A DNA stretch of 63,841 bases, counting the filler, from Dugesia japonica (taxonomy: Eukaryota): assembly GCA_001938525.1 (NCBI GenBank). It is 6 parts of 6 records of this genome, joined end to end, with 100 filler letters (N's around TTAATTAATTAA, not from the genome) between each part and the next. Parts side by side here need not be neighbours in the genome. Positions count along the whole stretch, not along the records: positions 32,107 to 46,399 come from MQRL01608835.1; positions 46,500 to 55,141 come from MQRL01632782.1; 4 more parts are not named here. The stretch is one strand, 5' to 3'. The notes under the pieces were generated by a model. The model saw only the letters and a list, made by a program, of their open reading frames with translations. It ran no database searches and had not been told where the DNA came from. The position numbers and the translations under genes were made by a program. How positions within the stretch are numbered: position 1 is the first letter of the stretch; each line of letters starts with the position of its first letter. Below, one piece after another: positions 35,813 through 50,354 of the stretch.

Positions 35813-36389
35813 TTTTTCTCAGTAAAATCTTTATTTGTAAATAATCTTTTTACTAAACCTTTAACATTTTTAAAATAAACTTGAATCTCTTCATTTCATT
35901 GTGGAACCTTCAGAATAGGCTACGATAATGAAAATTTTATTTCAAAGATAACAAAATATTTTGATTTATCGGTGACAGGTAGTTTTTAAAAGCATATTTA
36001 TTTTTTGGTATTTTGAGAAGGAATTTATTGAAATTAGTTTGGTAAATATTTACATAAGAAAATAAGATAAAATATATATAATGCATTTTTGAAATATATA
36101 TTGTAGAATATATATCACGTATTTTAAAAATATACATAATGTATTAGTTTGTTTAAATATTTAAATAAGAATATAAGATAAACTATATATAATGTATTTT
36201 GAAATTTGAAATTTCATAAATTATGGATAAATTAAAATAAGATACAAAATATAAAATTTATTTTCTAAAATTTGACATTAGATAAATTTGAAAATGTTTT
36301 GCAAATACTGATATTTGATGTTTTCAGTTTTGAATATGAAATTTTAAAAATTTGTTTGAAAAAAACTTATTAAGCTTATTGAAAATTGA

Positions 36390-38710
36390 TTTTCTAGATA
36401 AAGAACTACGAGGAATTTATGAAAATGAAAAGGAACCAATTTGAATTCGAAGAAAAATTATAAAGATATTGAAGAAGCTTTAAATTATTGAGGGAATAGA
36501 TAGTATGTGAGTATCTATAGGAAGCATATATAATGGTAGAAAAGTTATTCGCTTACAAATAGAACAAAGAAGATTTAACAAAGGAACTAATAATGAATAG
36601 TTGCAATGACAGAAAGATAAAACATAAGATCAAATCTAGAAAAATAGAAAAGTAGATGAACTCAAAATAATGAAAGAGTAGGACGCTGAAATATTTAAAA
36701 AATTAATGCAGTTTGTAACTACAAAGATGCAGTTTGGAAAAGTCCAGAACAAGGAAGTTTCAACAAAAGTCGTAATGAAGAGATACAGAAAGACAAAAAC
36801 AATGGACGATGATAAATCACGTGTTGAACCTGTAAAAAAATAGGTTGGTTATGCAGAGATTGTCAAGAAAGAAACATAAGTGTTATGCTTGTGGGTCTGA
36901 AAAACACTTAACAAGAGACTATACAAAGTTAGTTGCCCAAGATGCAACGAAAATGAACATAAATATGAACTGGCCGTTTAATTATCAGAATAGGAATGAA
37001 TATGTCAGAAAATAATTCGGATATTGCAAACAAAGATATTATCCAAACAAAACGAATAACAATACAAAAAGATATAGAGATTATGTTTAAATAATTGAAG
37101 AAAATGAAAGAGATTGTACAAGTAGAGAATATAAAGCATGTCGTTATAAGAAAGGAATGAATATGGATCAGATGAAATATCTGAATGGTTAAGCTCCAAT
37201 TGAAGTCGAGATTGTTGGAACGTTGAATTAAGTATCACCAAAAATTGCAATATCGTTAATTATAGTAAAAAATAGTGTATATAATAATAGAAATGAAGGA
37301 AAGGAAGATAAAAGAGTAGATGAGTTCAAGCATGAAGAAGAAAATGTTTACAAGTTTAATAAAAAAGAATTGTTGGAAGCAAATCAGAGATAATAAATGA
37401 TATAATCATATATGATAAAGATGGTAATAAAATTATTACTATAGAAGAAATGAAGTAGCAAGGTATAAACTATAACAAGATGCAACGTAAACCACGTGCA
37501 TAGAACGAGATTCAAAGAACAACAATTGACTGTTTGCTAGACATTGAGTCAAGAGTTAATATAAATAATTTAAAACTTTTGAAAGACTAAATGACGTCAA
37601 TATATTAAAAAGTGAAGATAATTTAAGATGTACCAATACATTGTAAGCCCTATAAAAATAGAAGTGGAATTCTAGAATCAATGCAAAACAGTTAAATTTA
37701 TTGCGGTAAAACAGGTTTAACCTAATCTAATAAGAAGAATAAAAAATAACAGAAATAGTTTAGGTTCCGACAATTGAAAACAATAAAAAATGAAGACAAC
37801 AATGTGTATCTGTGTAATATAGATGTGAGATATAGACGAAATACATAGGATGCAGAAAGAAAGCAGAGCATCAACAAAATAAATGAGAATTTGAGAACAT
37901 TATAATGATGCATAAAGGAATATTTTTTGGCAGAAAACTGCGATGGCAGAAATACGATGTTAGAACATCAAATAATAACAAATGGAAAACCAATAAATAA
38001 TAAAACCATGGAGACAACTAATGTATCTAGAGGATAAGATAAATGACGCTATCAAAAACCTGTTTGACAATGGCATTGATTTAAAGTATAATTCATAATG
38101 GAACATCATGCTAATGTGAGTATGGAAGAAAGATAATAGAGACGTTAAATAATGCCTAGATTTTTAGAAAGCGAATGCAATCACAGAAAGACAGACATTT
38201 CCGATAACTAATATAGACGAAATACTCGAAAATTTTAAAGGTCTAAGATATCTTAGTACGATTGATCTTGATAATGCATAATATCAAGTTTCTTTACGTA
38301 AAGATCAGCAAGAGAAAAAATCATTTTCCGCAAAGAATGACCAGAAGTGTCTTTCGATATAGCTGCAGCACCAGAAATGTTTCACGAATTAATGACAAAG
38401 ATTTTAGGAAAATTGAGAGGAACGATGGTTTATATGGATGATATACTGATATTTTCAGAAAAATTAGAGCAGCACTATAGAATATTGGATGAAGTGTTTA
38501 AGAGAATTCAAAAATCAAGGTTAAGAATTAATCTGGAAAATGAATTTATTACGAGCAGATATCAAATTTTTAGGAAATGTCATAAACAATAATAGAGTTA
38601 CAATTAGTCCGACAAAAATAAAAGTAATAAAAAAAATTTGAAAGACCTAAATGTGTAAAGAACTTGGGAAACATTTTAGGAATATGCCATTACTCCAGAT
38701 GGTTTATCAA
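36390..38710 (+). mobile_element. Ty3/gypsy remnant (gag-PR-RT), heavily decayed
   Basis: FLDKELRGIYEN, CYACGSEKH, CLLDIESRVN, STIDLDNAY, VYMDDILIFS, FLGICHY. Confidence 0.8.
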
Positions 38711-40379
38711 TCAAAGTATATTAAAATTTCAAGAAAAATTATTTGGTATTTTATTAAACATTTCTTTAAATGTCAATTTTAAAATTATTGATTAAAATTA
38801 TTATCAAAAATTTATAATTTATATTGTTTAATGATTTATTTTTCATTTCTTCAAATGTCAGTTTTGAGATTATTGATTAAAATTATAATTGAAAATTAAA
38901 ATTATTGAGTATATGTTAAAGTATATTTTTTGCAAAATATATTATGTACGATTTTAAATATTAAAATATTTAATTAGATTTATATATATATATATATATA
39001 CTTTATGTGTGTATAAATATTTGAATATCTAGTTTATTTTTTAAAACATCTTTTCATTAAAATATTAATGAGTAAATTTATTTGAATACTCTAAATATTC
39101 ATCTTCTTTAACTTTCAATAAAAACCAAAATAATTTGTGAGTAAATAAAAATTTATGGAAACTTTTGATATCGTTAACCAAAAAATGACGATGATGCGAT
39201 TATAATAAACTAAAAATTTTTTGGTGACAATATTCGTTCGTGGATCAAGCAAAAAGGTTTACGTCAATCGAGTTCTATTCAAGCCAACGAAACAAAACTA
39301 ATTTGGTGAACTCTTGTATTTTCTAGACAGAAATCACCAACACCACCGTCTAAGAAAAACTGATTAAATCAATGGCTGGGTTAGGGACTTTCTAAAAACC
39401 TGAAAAAAGAATTAAGACGATACTCTAGCAATTTGTGTTTAATGAATACTTATATATGAACCAATCCAAAAAATCTTAAATGTCAATTAAATGTTTAACT
39501 GGCTTTACCGCCACCAACAAATTCTTAATAAAGTTATTTTACATTAGTCATACCTTAGAAAGTTTTAGGTTGAAGGAATTCATTTAAAATTATTAAATGT
39601 CATCAAGTAAAGAAAGCATCCGATATAACACAAAGATTACTTTTGATTAAAAACCCTACATTCACGAATGCAATCAGATGTAAAGCAGGTAAACAAATTG
39701 TCACTTAAGCTTCATAAAAAGTTCTACAATGAGTGCATTTTCAACTTGAAAAATGCTAACGAAAGATTTTGAGATAGCCATTACATCAAGATCTCGTGAG
39801 GATCAGAAATGTGCATTACACTTATAATTGAACAAATGAACGTTAATGAAGTACACCAAATTTTATGAAAGAGAAAGATGTAAACCAATAAAAATGTGAA
39901 ATGATAAAAAAATATATTGTATTTTATCATCAATCAAAAGAAATCAATTGAAATAAGCGACGAAAATATTTTCTATTGTTCATTAAACACCTGAATTAAA
40001 AATAACATCTGTATACAGTCTTTTGAAGGTAAGCTGACTTTTAAAGTGAAAAATAAATTATTAAAAAAATTAAAATTAACATTTGAATTAATATAGTTTT
40101 ATAAATAAATTATAAATCAGTAAATATTAATTTATAAATGCATAAAACAATGAATATTCCATTACGTCACCATTATGCTAGTCTAAAAATCTAAATTATT
40201 GAAAAATTAAATAATAAATTGATGAAGAAAAAAATAAAGTTAACAGAGTAAAAAATATAAAATAAAAAGCATATTTATAAGAAAAATCCTCATTAAATTC
40301 TTTATCAGTTTTCAAATTAAATTTAATTTAAATTTAATTAAAATTAAAGGTAAACATCGGTTGAAATAATTTTAATTAG

Positions 40380-41753
40380 GAAACCTTTGGGCTTATATTT
40401 TAGTTTATAAACGTTATGTCGATAACATTTTTCTTGTTTTTGAAAATCGCTCTCAAGTATATCCGTTTTTGAAGTATATGAATAACTTGCATCCAAATAT
40501 AGGCTTTACAGTTGAAGAAGAGATCAATTCAACTATTCCATTTCTTGATTTACTAATTGAAAGAAAGAATACTTCATTTGAAACAGAGATATATAGAAAG
40601 AAAACTGATACAGGTTTGTTTGTTTACAAATCCTGCTAGTTCTTGTGACATAAAATATAAAAGTAACATGATTAAAGGACTTATTCGTCGTATTGGTCTT
40701 TCTCTTCTACTTTTATCAAAGCAGACAGGAGTCTTAAAAATTAATTGACTTACTTCATAATAATGGGTATTCTAAATTGTTTACGGACAAATTAGTTTAT
40801 GCAACTTTGAATAAACTTAATAGTGACTTGTCACGTGTTGATGCATCTGAGGTTGTAGAAACAGATCCTAAAATTGTTTTATCTTTTCCTTATTCTGAAG
40901 GCTTTAAAAAATTCAAACTTTCGATTGAAAATGCTCTTAAGAATATTTTAAATACAAACGTTGTAAATATTATTTTGTTTATTGTGAAAATTACACTTTG
41001 TGTAGTTATTAACTTTTATAAAATTTTTAACCATTGATCTGTGAAATAAAAAAAATTAAATATTTTCAAAATTACGAAAANNNNNNNNNNNNNNNNNNNN
41101 NNNNNNNNNNNNNNNNNNNNNNNNNNNNNNNNNNNNNNNNNNNNNNNNNNNNNNNNNNNNNNNNNNNNNNNNNNNNNNNNNNNNNNNNNNNNNNNNNNNN
41201 NNNNNNNNNNNNNNNNNNNNNNNNNNNNNNNNNNNNNNNNNNNNNNNNNNNNNNNNNNNNNNNNNNNNNNNNNNNNNNNNNNNNNNNNNNNNNNNNNNNN
41301 NNNNNNNNNNNNNGAAACATTTTTTTGAAACTTTTTTGATCTACGCCTAAGTTTATTTTCGTAATTTTGAAAATATTTAATTTTTTTGTTGTAAATATGT
41401 TTTTATCATATAAGGTTATAAATATGTTCAATAATAAATCTATAACCCCTTTAGGCTTGTACTCTGATCTAGTCTATCAATTTAAATGTAATGGGTGTAA
41501 CGTTACATATATTGGAGAGACTCCCCGCCTTCTCTGCACCAGAGATCAAGAGCGTAGTCGAAGTAGTGGTAATATTAATATTGTTGAGCATCGGAGAACA
41601 TGTAGAAAATCAATAGGGTGTTCTGATTTTAAAATCTTGTGCAGTGGATTTAATAATTTAAAGTGATGTGTGAAGCATTGTTGATAAGGATATTAAATCC
41701 TAAAATTAATGTTCAGTTGACGAATTCAACATCGCTCTTTAAAATATTTTATT
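40380..41753 (+). mobile_element. Penelope-like element (RT + GIY-YIG endonuclease), decayed
   Basis: YKRYVDNIF, NNLHPNIGFTVEEE...IPFLDL, IYRKKTDTG, NGY; then LVYQFKCNGCNVTYIGET.R.L..R..E...EALLI...NPKIN.Q. Confidence 0.9.
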
Positions 41754-41834
41754 AAATTTTTTTTATTGAGATTGCACAATTGAAATTATTTAGTCATTTA
41801 AACTTAGTAAAAAGTTTGTTTTGATATTCTTTAA

Positions 41835-41875
41835 TTGCATGATGATGACGGTTATTCCGTCAAAATTGGTCGCAA
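41835..41875 (+). ncRNA. Degenerate minimal hammerhead ribozyme at the 3' end of the Penelope-like element
   Basis: ttgc-aTGATGAt-gacgg-ttatt-ccgtc-aAAA-ttggTC-gcaa. Stems I and II are intact; two core positions deviate (C>A, G>A). Confidence 0.5.
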
Positions 41876-42199
41876 ATAAATATTTTAAAAAATGGTTGTC
41901 AATTATTTATTTAAAAAAATTACCATTATTTTTTGAGTTTTCATATTTTAGGTTTATATACATGTATTTTTGAATACATTATGTGTGTATCTAAATGTTT
42001 AAAATAAATTGTTTACAGACAATTTTTCTGATAATGTTGACAGATCATATAGAACTTGTGAAAAATAAATTATTCAAAATAAAAACAAAAAATTCAAGAA
42101 ATATTACGAGGAAAATCAAACTGATTACAATAAATAAGAAGAAAATACACTTTGGAAATAATAGTAAAAAATAAATTTATATAAGCCCATTGAATTGGA

Positions 42200-43022
42200 A
42201 TAAATGAAAGTCTGACGGTTCGATATCATAACTATAAGCAGGATGAAATTTGTCTCATTTACCTTTTCTTGAGTAACTATAGAAATATGAGGTCTTGGAT
42301 CATTGTGATGAATGATAACATATTTTCTATTTATAAATTCTAGGAATTCATTTTCAGTACTTCAGCTAATCAGACCAATTGTTGACCATAAATATCTGAG
42401 TTGATAATATGTCCATAATAAAATATCTCCATTTGCATATTTCCTTTCCAGTCATACCATTGCACAGCAGATATTTTTTGCGTTGATATTTGGTCTTGCA
42501 GTTGGAACTGAAATTTTTCTACTTGAAAGCCATTGACCATGACAATCAGGATTTTCATAGAAAATTCCACTTTTCATCAGAAGTCACAATTCTCTTCAAA
42601 AATAGTTCATTTTCATTTCTGTAATCATGATCCTTATTAACTTTTGCTCTTTCAACAATTTGTGTGGAAAGAACACATCAACTCGATATGACTTCCCAAT
42701 AACATGTAAATGGTCTCGTATGGTTTGTTCGTTAAAGTTTTGAGACTCTGTCATATCCTTAGCAGTTTACTATGAAGCCAATACAATTAATGATTTTAAA
42801 GCTTCATTGTTCGTCACCGATGATTGGCCACTTTTAGATGAAACTTGTTAACGTTTATCTGCGTTTATAAGCCAATTTAACCATTCCTTGTGCTGATTGG
42901 AACTCAGATTTTGGTTATAATAAATAACCGAAATCTTTTTTCAAACAGTTATTGCACTACAGCCTTGATGAAATTCATATATTAGACAATATCTTATGTG
43001 TGTCTTATTCAATTCTATAGTC
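42200..43022 (-). mobile_element. mariner transposase pseudogene
   Basis: HIRYCLIYEF, TIRDHLHVIGK, FPHKL (WVPHEL-like), FLKRIVTSDEKW, INSDIYGQQL. Confidence 0.85.
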
Positions 43023-46000
43023 ATAATTGAATAATTAATGACTCGAGGTAAAAATAAATTTTCAGATTATATGATTGGATTATTCATTAAATAAAATAAG
43101 TACATGAATTGATGGTGGTAAAAATTAATGAAATATAAAATAAAACATTATAAACATGAGTTTAACATATGGCCGGTATCTTTTCGTGACACAAAAAATA
43201 ATAAAATAAAATTAAACTTTGCCATCGTTTGTTTTGTGTTTCTTATTGTTAGATGAGTTTGGGATAGTTATCGTTGAATTCAATAGATCAACATTTTCCA
43301 TTTCAAAATATATTATAAATCAAGACTAACACATTTAAAAAACAAATTAAGAAAACAAGATAAACTTTTCTTAATTCTGACTGCAATTGATTATTTAAAA
43401 ATTATTTTTATTAAATATTTAAATTTAATAGATATTCCAAATTTTCATTTAAATCCTTCAGAAATTTGCAAGTTATCTATTAGAATAATATAAAATTATT
43501 TTTAAGCCTTTGAATATCACGTGCATCATATGTGGGTCACAATTTGTCTTATTTTCTTGGACAAAATGAAAATTAAATTGATATGTGATGTACAGAAAGT
43601 CTGAATAATAAAAAGTTTAAAATATTGCTGTGTGGTTCACGTAATTTGAACAAAATTATTACCGTAAATTTAAGATGATGAAAAGAATTTACTGTGTGAA
43701 AAGGCAAAGGTTTAAAATAAAAAAAACATCAAATACTATTTTTTTTAAAAATTACATTAAATTATTTATTTAAGCGTTTATTATTAAATTTATCAAACTT
43801 ATTCAATCATTAAATCTAATTTAAATATTAAATTTTAAAATTAATGCATCTATTGAATTAAATCATTAATATCAATTTAATTATTTAATTTTCAAATTTT
43901 TAATATTTTCTACTTTTATTTGGTGAAATTAATTAAATTATTTACGTTAACAACTTCAGTCGAACTTTCAAAAAATTTAACTGTCTCAATTCATTCTCAC
44001 AACATAAATAATTTTGAAAAATTGCTAGAGGGAAACCCCGTTTTTACGATTTTAAAGGTACTGATAGGAGGTTAGAAAATTAAAATAAAATTGTATTGTA
44101 AAAAATTGAACGCAATAATTCCAAGCTCGTAAAAATAGGGTTTTATTAAATTTTGTAAAACTAAATCTATAAATTTTGTAATAAATTAAAATGAATTGTT
44201 TAAAAATATAAATAAATAAACAGATTTTAAGATTGTGTACATTTTGCAAGTCTAAATATTATTAAGTAATTAAAGAGATGCGGAAATAATTTGACATGGA
44301 AATTAATTTTGATATTATTTTGAGATATTTTTCTATAATTAAATGTTTCTATAATAATTTCGGTAATGAAATAATTTAGAAAATAAAATAAATTTGATAT
44401 TGAAATGAATAATAAGACTTTAATTTTCATATTTTCTTTTCTATAATGTTTATCTTAATTTAATGGCTGCTGATAGCAGAAGTTTTGAAAATTTCATGTA
44501 AATTATATATCGTATTAGTAGGCAAAAAATTTGGCACCAGGCTCATTATCTTCAAAAATGCTTTGTAATGAGCAAATTTGACCCATGTTATCTTTATTTT
44601 TGTAATATAAAATATTTTCATATGTGTAGAGTTCTTTCTTACACCCTCAAACGCTAAATAATTAATAAATAAAAAATCTTAAATAACATTACCGTCATTA
44701 CATAAATTTTGTATTTAAGATTTGTATTATAGAAAATTAAATCTCCAAAAAATTCATTTCAATGTCGAATTTATTTCAATAAACACAATTAAGTACTCAA
44801 ATAATGTTCATTAAATATTATTTCTGTGCTTATTAAATACATTTTTAGGAAATTTCATTATTAATATAATTTTACTTAATATTTCTCTTTATGTAAGATA
44901 AGTGAAAATACTGGTTCAGTTTTCGTAGAAAAAAAGTTCGTGAAATATTATTTTAAATTAATCATATTTTCATGTAAAGTAACAGTAAATTTTGTAATTT
45001 GATTTCATAACAATAGAAAAAAAATCAAGATTTTCCTGTTGAACTGAAATGAACTTTACATTTGCGACAGAGCTATTTTTCTGACTAAATAACAATTTAT
45101 TAATCAGTTTTATTTGGAAACTTTAATATGTGAATGAGAAAGATTAGTATGTAAAGGAATAATAATCATTGTCTTAAAATATTCAATTATATTTCTGATA
45201 AAAAAAGTCACACGAAATACAGCAATAAATGTCGTTTTCATTAAAGCATAATGAATTTAAAGTTAGATAGTTTAATAACTGTTAGCAGTAGAGAAATGTG
45301 GCACAATACCTTTTTGTCGGCCCTTTCACCCCCCGAAAATCCTAAAACATAGTGATATAATAAATAGCAGTAGTTACAAAACTTTATCGGTCAAAGATCT
45401 TTTGCCAAGAAAACTATTAAATTTTTTTTGGAAGCAGAAAATCTTGTTTGTCTGGAGAACCATTTCACGCCTCTCGGTAAGTGGCGCCCAGGACATGATA
45501 GACCCCCTACCCTACTTGCTACGCTAATATGTGTTAGAATCAATCAAAATACTTCAGGTCATTGTAATTGATAAATATCTTATAACCGATTTATCAACAA
45601 TAAAATTTATCAAAATCTCAGATATTACAGCAAAATTCCATAGCATTGTAAAAAGCAAAACCAGTCTATGTGAAAAATAAATACATTTTTATTATTTGAG
45701 ATTTTTAATAATTCACAAAAACTTTTAAATTGCAAATTTTTATTTTTTTCTATTATTTATTTGCTTTACTGTTATTTTTATATATTATTTTGTACTTTTT
45801 CAATTTCACAATTTACACGCTAATACTTCTGTATAGAAAGGATTTCTATAATTGATTTATCATAAAAACTAAAATATCACTATGAAATACGATATTTTTC
45901 TGTTTTTCTTCTATGTAGCTCCTTATAAAATAAGGTATTATTTGCAATTATTCAAATATGAGAATCAAGTGTTTATAATTAAAGAAAAGAGTAACAAAAG

Positions 46001-46399
46001 ACCCATTAATATAATAAATATAAATATTAAGGCTCCATTATGTACACAAAAAATTTTATTCCAGAAATGGGAATTATACATAGAAATGAAAAGATTGCAT
46101 GTGGTTCAATATTGCTAATCAAATCTCAAAATTATTTTAAAATCTATCCCGATAAAAAACATTTCTAACTAAATTCGAAACTAATAAAACTAATAAACAA
46201 AAGCAACCAAATAAAAACATTAATTTAGTGTCAGCCAAAGTGTCAAAGTGATTACAACATCACTGATATATTCATTAAATTTTTTCTATTATTTAATGAA
46301 TTCGTGAAGTAAAAAAACAGCAACCTTTCTTATTTAAAAACTGTCTCAAAACCAAGTACAGCTACAATGTACTGTGTATTGGCCGCAATATTTCAAGAT

Positions 46400-46499
46400 N
46401 NNNNNNNNNNNNNNNNNNNNNNNNNNNNNNNNNNNNNNNNNNNTTAATTAATTAANNNNNNNNNNNNNNNNNNNNNNNNNNNNNNNNNNNNNNNNNNNN
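46400..46499. other. Artificial contig-joining spacer
   Basis: N44-TTAATTAATTAA-N44. Confidence 0.95.
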
Positions 46500-46800
46500 A
46501 AATACTGTCTGGCACATATTTTTCATATCCCAAAACTTTGACATCTTTGACTGTTATTTCATAATTTAAGCATATAATACATCTATTTCTTGTATTATCA
46601 TATAAATATTCGATACAAGTTTCATCTTCATCCAAACATTCTTGTTCACACTCATGTTGATCAGTTACTAATATGATATTATTTGTATCATCGAGATCAC
46701 ATTTTGTAGTAGGTATTTTTGATACAACAAACTTAATTTTCTTGTTTGCTTGAAGAAACGTCCGATTTATTAAAATAAAAATTGCAATGAAAATATTCAT
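46500..46800 (-). CDS. Secreted protein with PAN/Apple-like domain, 5' part (cut by contig end)
   Basis: Hydrophobic N-terminus MNIFIAIFILI, then C...ECEQECLDEDETCIEYLYDNTRNRCIIC in PAN-like Cys spacing. Open frame up to the contig end. Confidence 0.6.
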
Positions 46801-47508
46801 TTTACAGTCTTTTCATTTGTAAGATATTAATTTCATTTAAATAGTTTCAAATATGCAAATTTTTAGAGAAGAAGTTATTCAATTTACATTTTTGGTTATG
46901 AAATAATTGCGTCAAAATTCTGTTTATTATCTTTGATATTACTTTTTACCCAGATCATATACTTTTGCAGTCAGCACAATTAAAAGACTTTCGTTAATAA
47001 ATTATATTTTTTTATATTTCATTTGAGATATATGTTAAGAATATATTCTTTAATGTTTGTTTGTATTGATTAGGGGTTGTATTGCATATTGATATTATTC
47101 ATTAATAATTATATAAATATTTTTACAATTACAAGAATTATTGCGAGAACAATTATTGGACAATTAACCATCGATCGTATTTGAGATTTCATTAAATTAA
47201 ATATTTCGATGGATTTATTTCGTTTTTGATAGTATTTCGAATTTTCGACGTAGTCTTGTCAGGAATTGACTTTGTAATAATATTAATATTTATCAACACA
47301 ATACAAAATATTTATTTACAAATTAATTTACAATTTTTATAACTGGAATAAGAGAAAGATTATTTTTTGAAAATGTAAAATAAATTAATTCTAAAAATTA
47401 ATTTTAAATATATAAAAAATATTGAATAATAAAAAAATTATTAAAAATTAATAATTATTAGTTACTAAAATTAAAAATAAATCTTAAGAATAAGATTTTT
47501 AAAAGTTT

Positions 47509-48528
47509 TGTGGTGAAACATCCGATCATGGTGTAAACACATTCAGGGGCTCCAAAAAATGGGCAAATTAAAAAGAGCGGAAAGGTTTGGATCAGATTAA
47601 TTAATAAGCAAACCACACTTCAACAATAATCAGAAACAATAATTAAGAAGAAGATCTGGAATGCTATCATGACAAGAATAAAACGAACATTATCATAATA
47701 AAGCCAACGGCAAATAATTATAATTAAAAGAATTATAGTTTATTATCGGAAAATGAGAAAATTATCACTAAAAAATAATAGTTAATTAACAAGGAAAATT
47801 AATTAATTTTATTCTAAAAAAGATGTTTAATTGAGTGNAAATCTGTTTTTATGGAATATCTTCGCTCTGGAAGAGAATCCCAACAAGAAACGTTAGAAAG
47901 CTAGAATCACGGGCCAATTAAATTTTGCAACAAAAAAATCATACCATCTTCAAGAATGTCAGGAAAATGTTTTGAAGAATAAGCTAATGAGGGGCCAGAA
48001 AATAAACAAAAATCAAAGAGTTAAAAGTCACCAGGTGCCCTAAGAATAGGCACCAATAGAACTATCAAAATTCACAGAAAAAATCTACAAAACAGCTAAA
48101 GGGCCAATAATGGGCCATTCAACAAATCTAAAAATAAAGAGTCAATAAAGGAAAAATTTGGTTGTCAGAAGAAACCTATATAAGCCTCCCGAAAACTTAG
48201 TGAAATACCCTTAAAAACAAATTTTTCTACTTTTGTCTAATATCACGGCTCTGTAGCTTAACAATTCTACAACACTGTTATTACGAGGAAATCGATATTT
48301 GTTATTACCGTAACTTTATTATTACGTGGAAAAATTTACATCATTTGTCATCACCACTCGGCGATTTACTGGAAAAGATGAAAATCTAATTGGAGTATCT
48401 CAATCACTACCGTTGCAGAAAATCTTTACCGAATTTTTAAAAGTAATGTTATTGTTATTTTAATTCTGGTTGTTATTATTCAATAAAGAAAATTTATTAT
48501 CAAACCTTAATTATTTTTGTTTAGTGGT
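47509..48528 (+). repeat. Possible LTR-like sequence
   Basis: Begins TG after AT-rich DNA, has several GGGCCAAT boxes, CTATATAAG near 48176 and AATAAA near 48482. No partner LTR seen. Confidence 0.3.
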
Positions 48529-49729
48529 NNNNNNNNNNNNNNNNNNNNNNNNNNNNNNNNNNNNNNNNNNNNNNNNNNNNNNNNNNNNNNNATGTGATAT
48601 GAAAATTAACCACAATCATAAAAGATTCCAGTGATCTAGATTATAGGTTATTAATAGACATGAATCAGATGAATTAATTATTTTTTATTATCGACATAGA
48701 TATTTTCAGTCTCTAACTTAGATGTTTCAAATGAATTGTGGATGCATAATTAGATAATCTAGAAGTTTATCAGCAAATGATGGAGATGCAATATTCTTTA
48801 ATTTAATTTCTGCTTTCTACTAAATNAACAATTAATATACTATATAAAATTTAATGAGAAATTACTATAAGAGTATAAAATCTATAATATTCTTAGGCTA
48901 ATACCCGTAAATTCCATAATTTGTTGCACATAATAAAATTCTATGAGATTGAGAATTGCTCTAAGTGAATTTTGCCAATCGGTTATTCATTGCGTAAATT
49001 CTATGTAAACAGATGAATTGTAATCATCATTCAGCAGCCGTTAATGTCTCACACACTACGATGAATAACGATGTCGTAACATACGCATGTTATCTACACA
49101 CACCCGCCTGAAAAATTTGAGACATGCGTTGCTATGATTGGGTTATTATCACGGTGACATCGTCACTGAATCATCCAATTAAATAAGTAATTCTCGTTAC
49201 CATTATCAACCATTTTTTGGATCAAAAGGTGCAGATTGTCATCTCAATTAAAACGATGATCGTCTAGCTCGTTTTAGATTAATTAATAGTCTCCTAGGAG
49301 AGAGTTCTTTTACTATTTCTCGTAACTTTGTGATTAACTATTTGAACAGTGCTTGAATTAAAAACGGTATTTGCATAACTGATCATAGGAACTAACCTTA
49401 CACTGCCTCTTTCGGTATTCACTGCGCGGCCTTTGTTGCGAGTAACACTTTCCATTGTGTTTAGTATAAAGCTCATATTATCTCGTTTTCTGACGGAGCC
49501 CTCTCATTTGTGTGTCTATTTTCGTCGTATTCTCTTTCTGATCTGTCGTCGTATTCGTTTTTACATATTACTCTGTTAGGTAATTCGTCTCTGACTGTGT
49601 TTATGGTATTTCATCCATTGTTCCATCTTGATGTTTTGTTCTGTGTTGACCTTTCATCGTTTAACCCCATTTTCGTCTATTATACTCGGCCTGTCTTCTT
49701 ATTTGTTGAACCATTCCGTCTGACGTTCT

Positions 49730-50354
49730 ACATTTATTTTCTCGATGTACATTAAGTGTAAACTTTTGGCATTTTATCTTTGTGCAAAAACGCCTTATGT
49801 GTTTAGTCGATCTGCATCTGAAAAATTTCCTTATGGATGTCTATGGGCAGTCTTTTCTTATATGCCCCAGATTATTGCAACCGCAACATAATATCTTTTT
49901 TTGTTTGTTGTCTATCGGCATTGGATTTCTGCTTGTTTGATAATTCTCTCGTCGTTTGAACGTATTTTATTGTTGGTTATTTTTCATTAGTGCTCCTCTG
50001 TAACTGGGATACATTGTATTTATTGACTCTTTATCCTCAATTCTATCAAAGCTTCGTATCAGCGTAATAATACCGTCAGAATCTTTGATGTTTTGGATTG
50101 CTACATTTTTCTTAATTTCGCCGCTGTTACAACAATGCATTAGAAATTCTTTACGCATTTCTTCCTTATCGTTGTAAGTCATTAGTAAATCCATCATTTT
50201 ATCAATTTCTTCCACAAAGCTGTCAACATTCTCGTCTTGCCGTATGTATGACAATACGCTTTCGATATCCTTTACGAATGACTTTTCTTTGACGACTAAA
50301 CGTCTTAGTCTATTTTGTAACCCTGTCTTTCATCGGTTTTTCGAATCTTCTCCT
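49730..50354 (-). pseudogene. Ty3/gypsy gag fragment with CCHC knuckles
   Basis: SYIRQDENVDSFVEEID...FLMHCCN, CCGCNNLGHIRKDCP. Confidence 0.7.
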
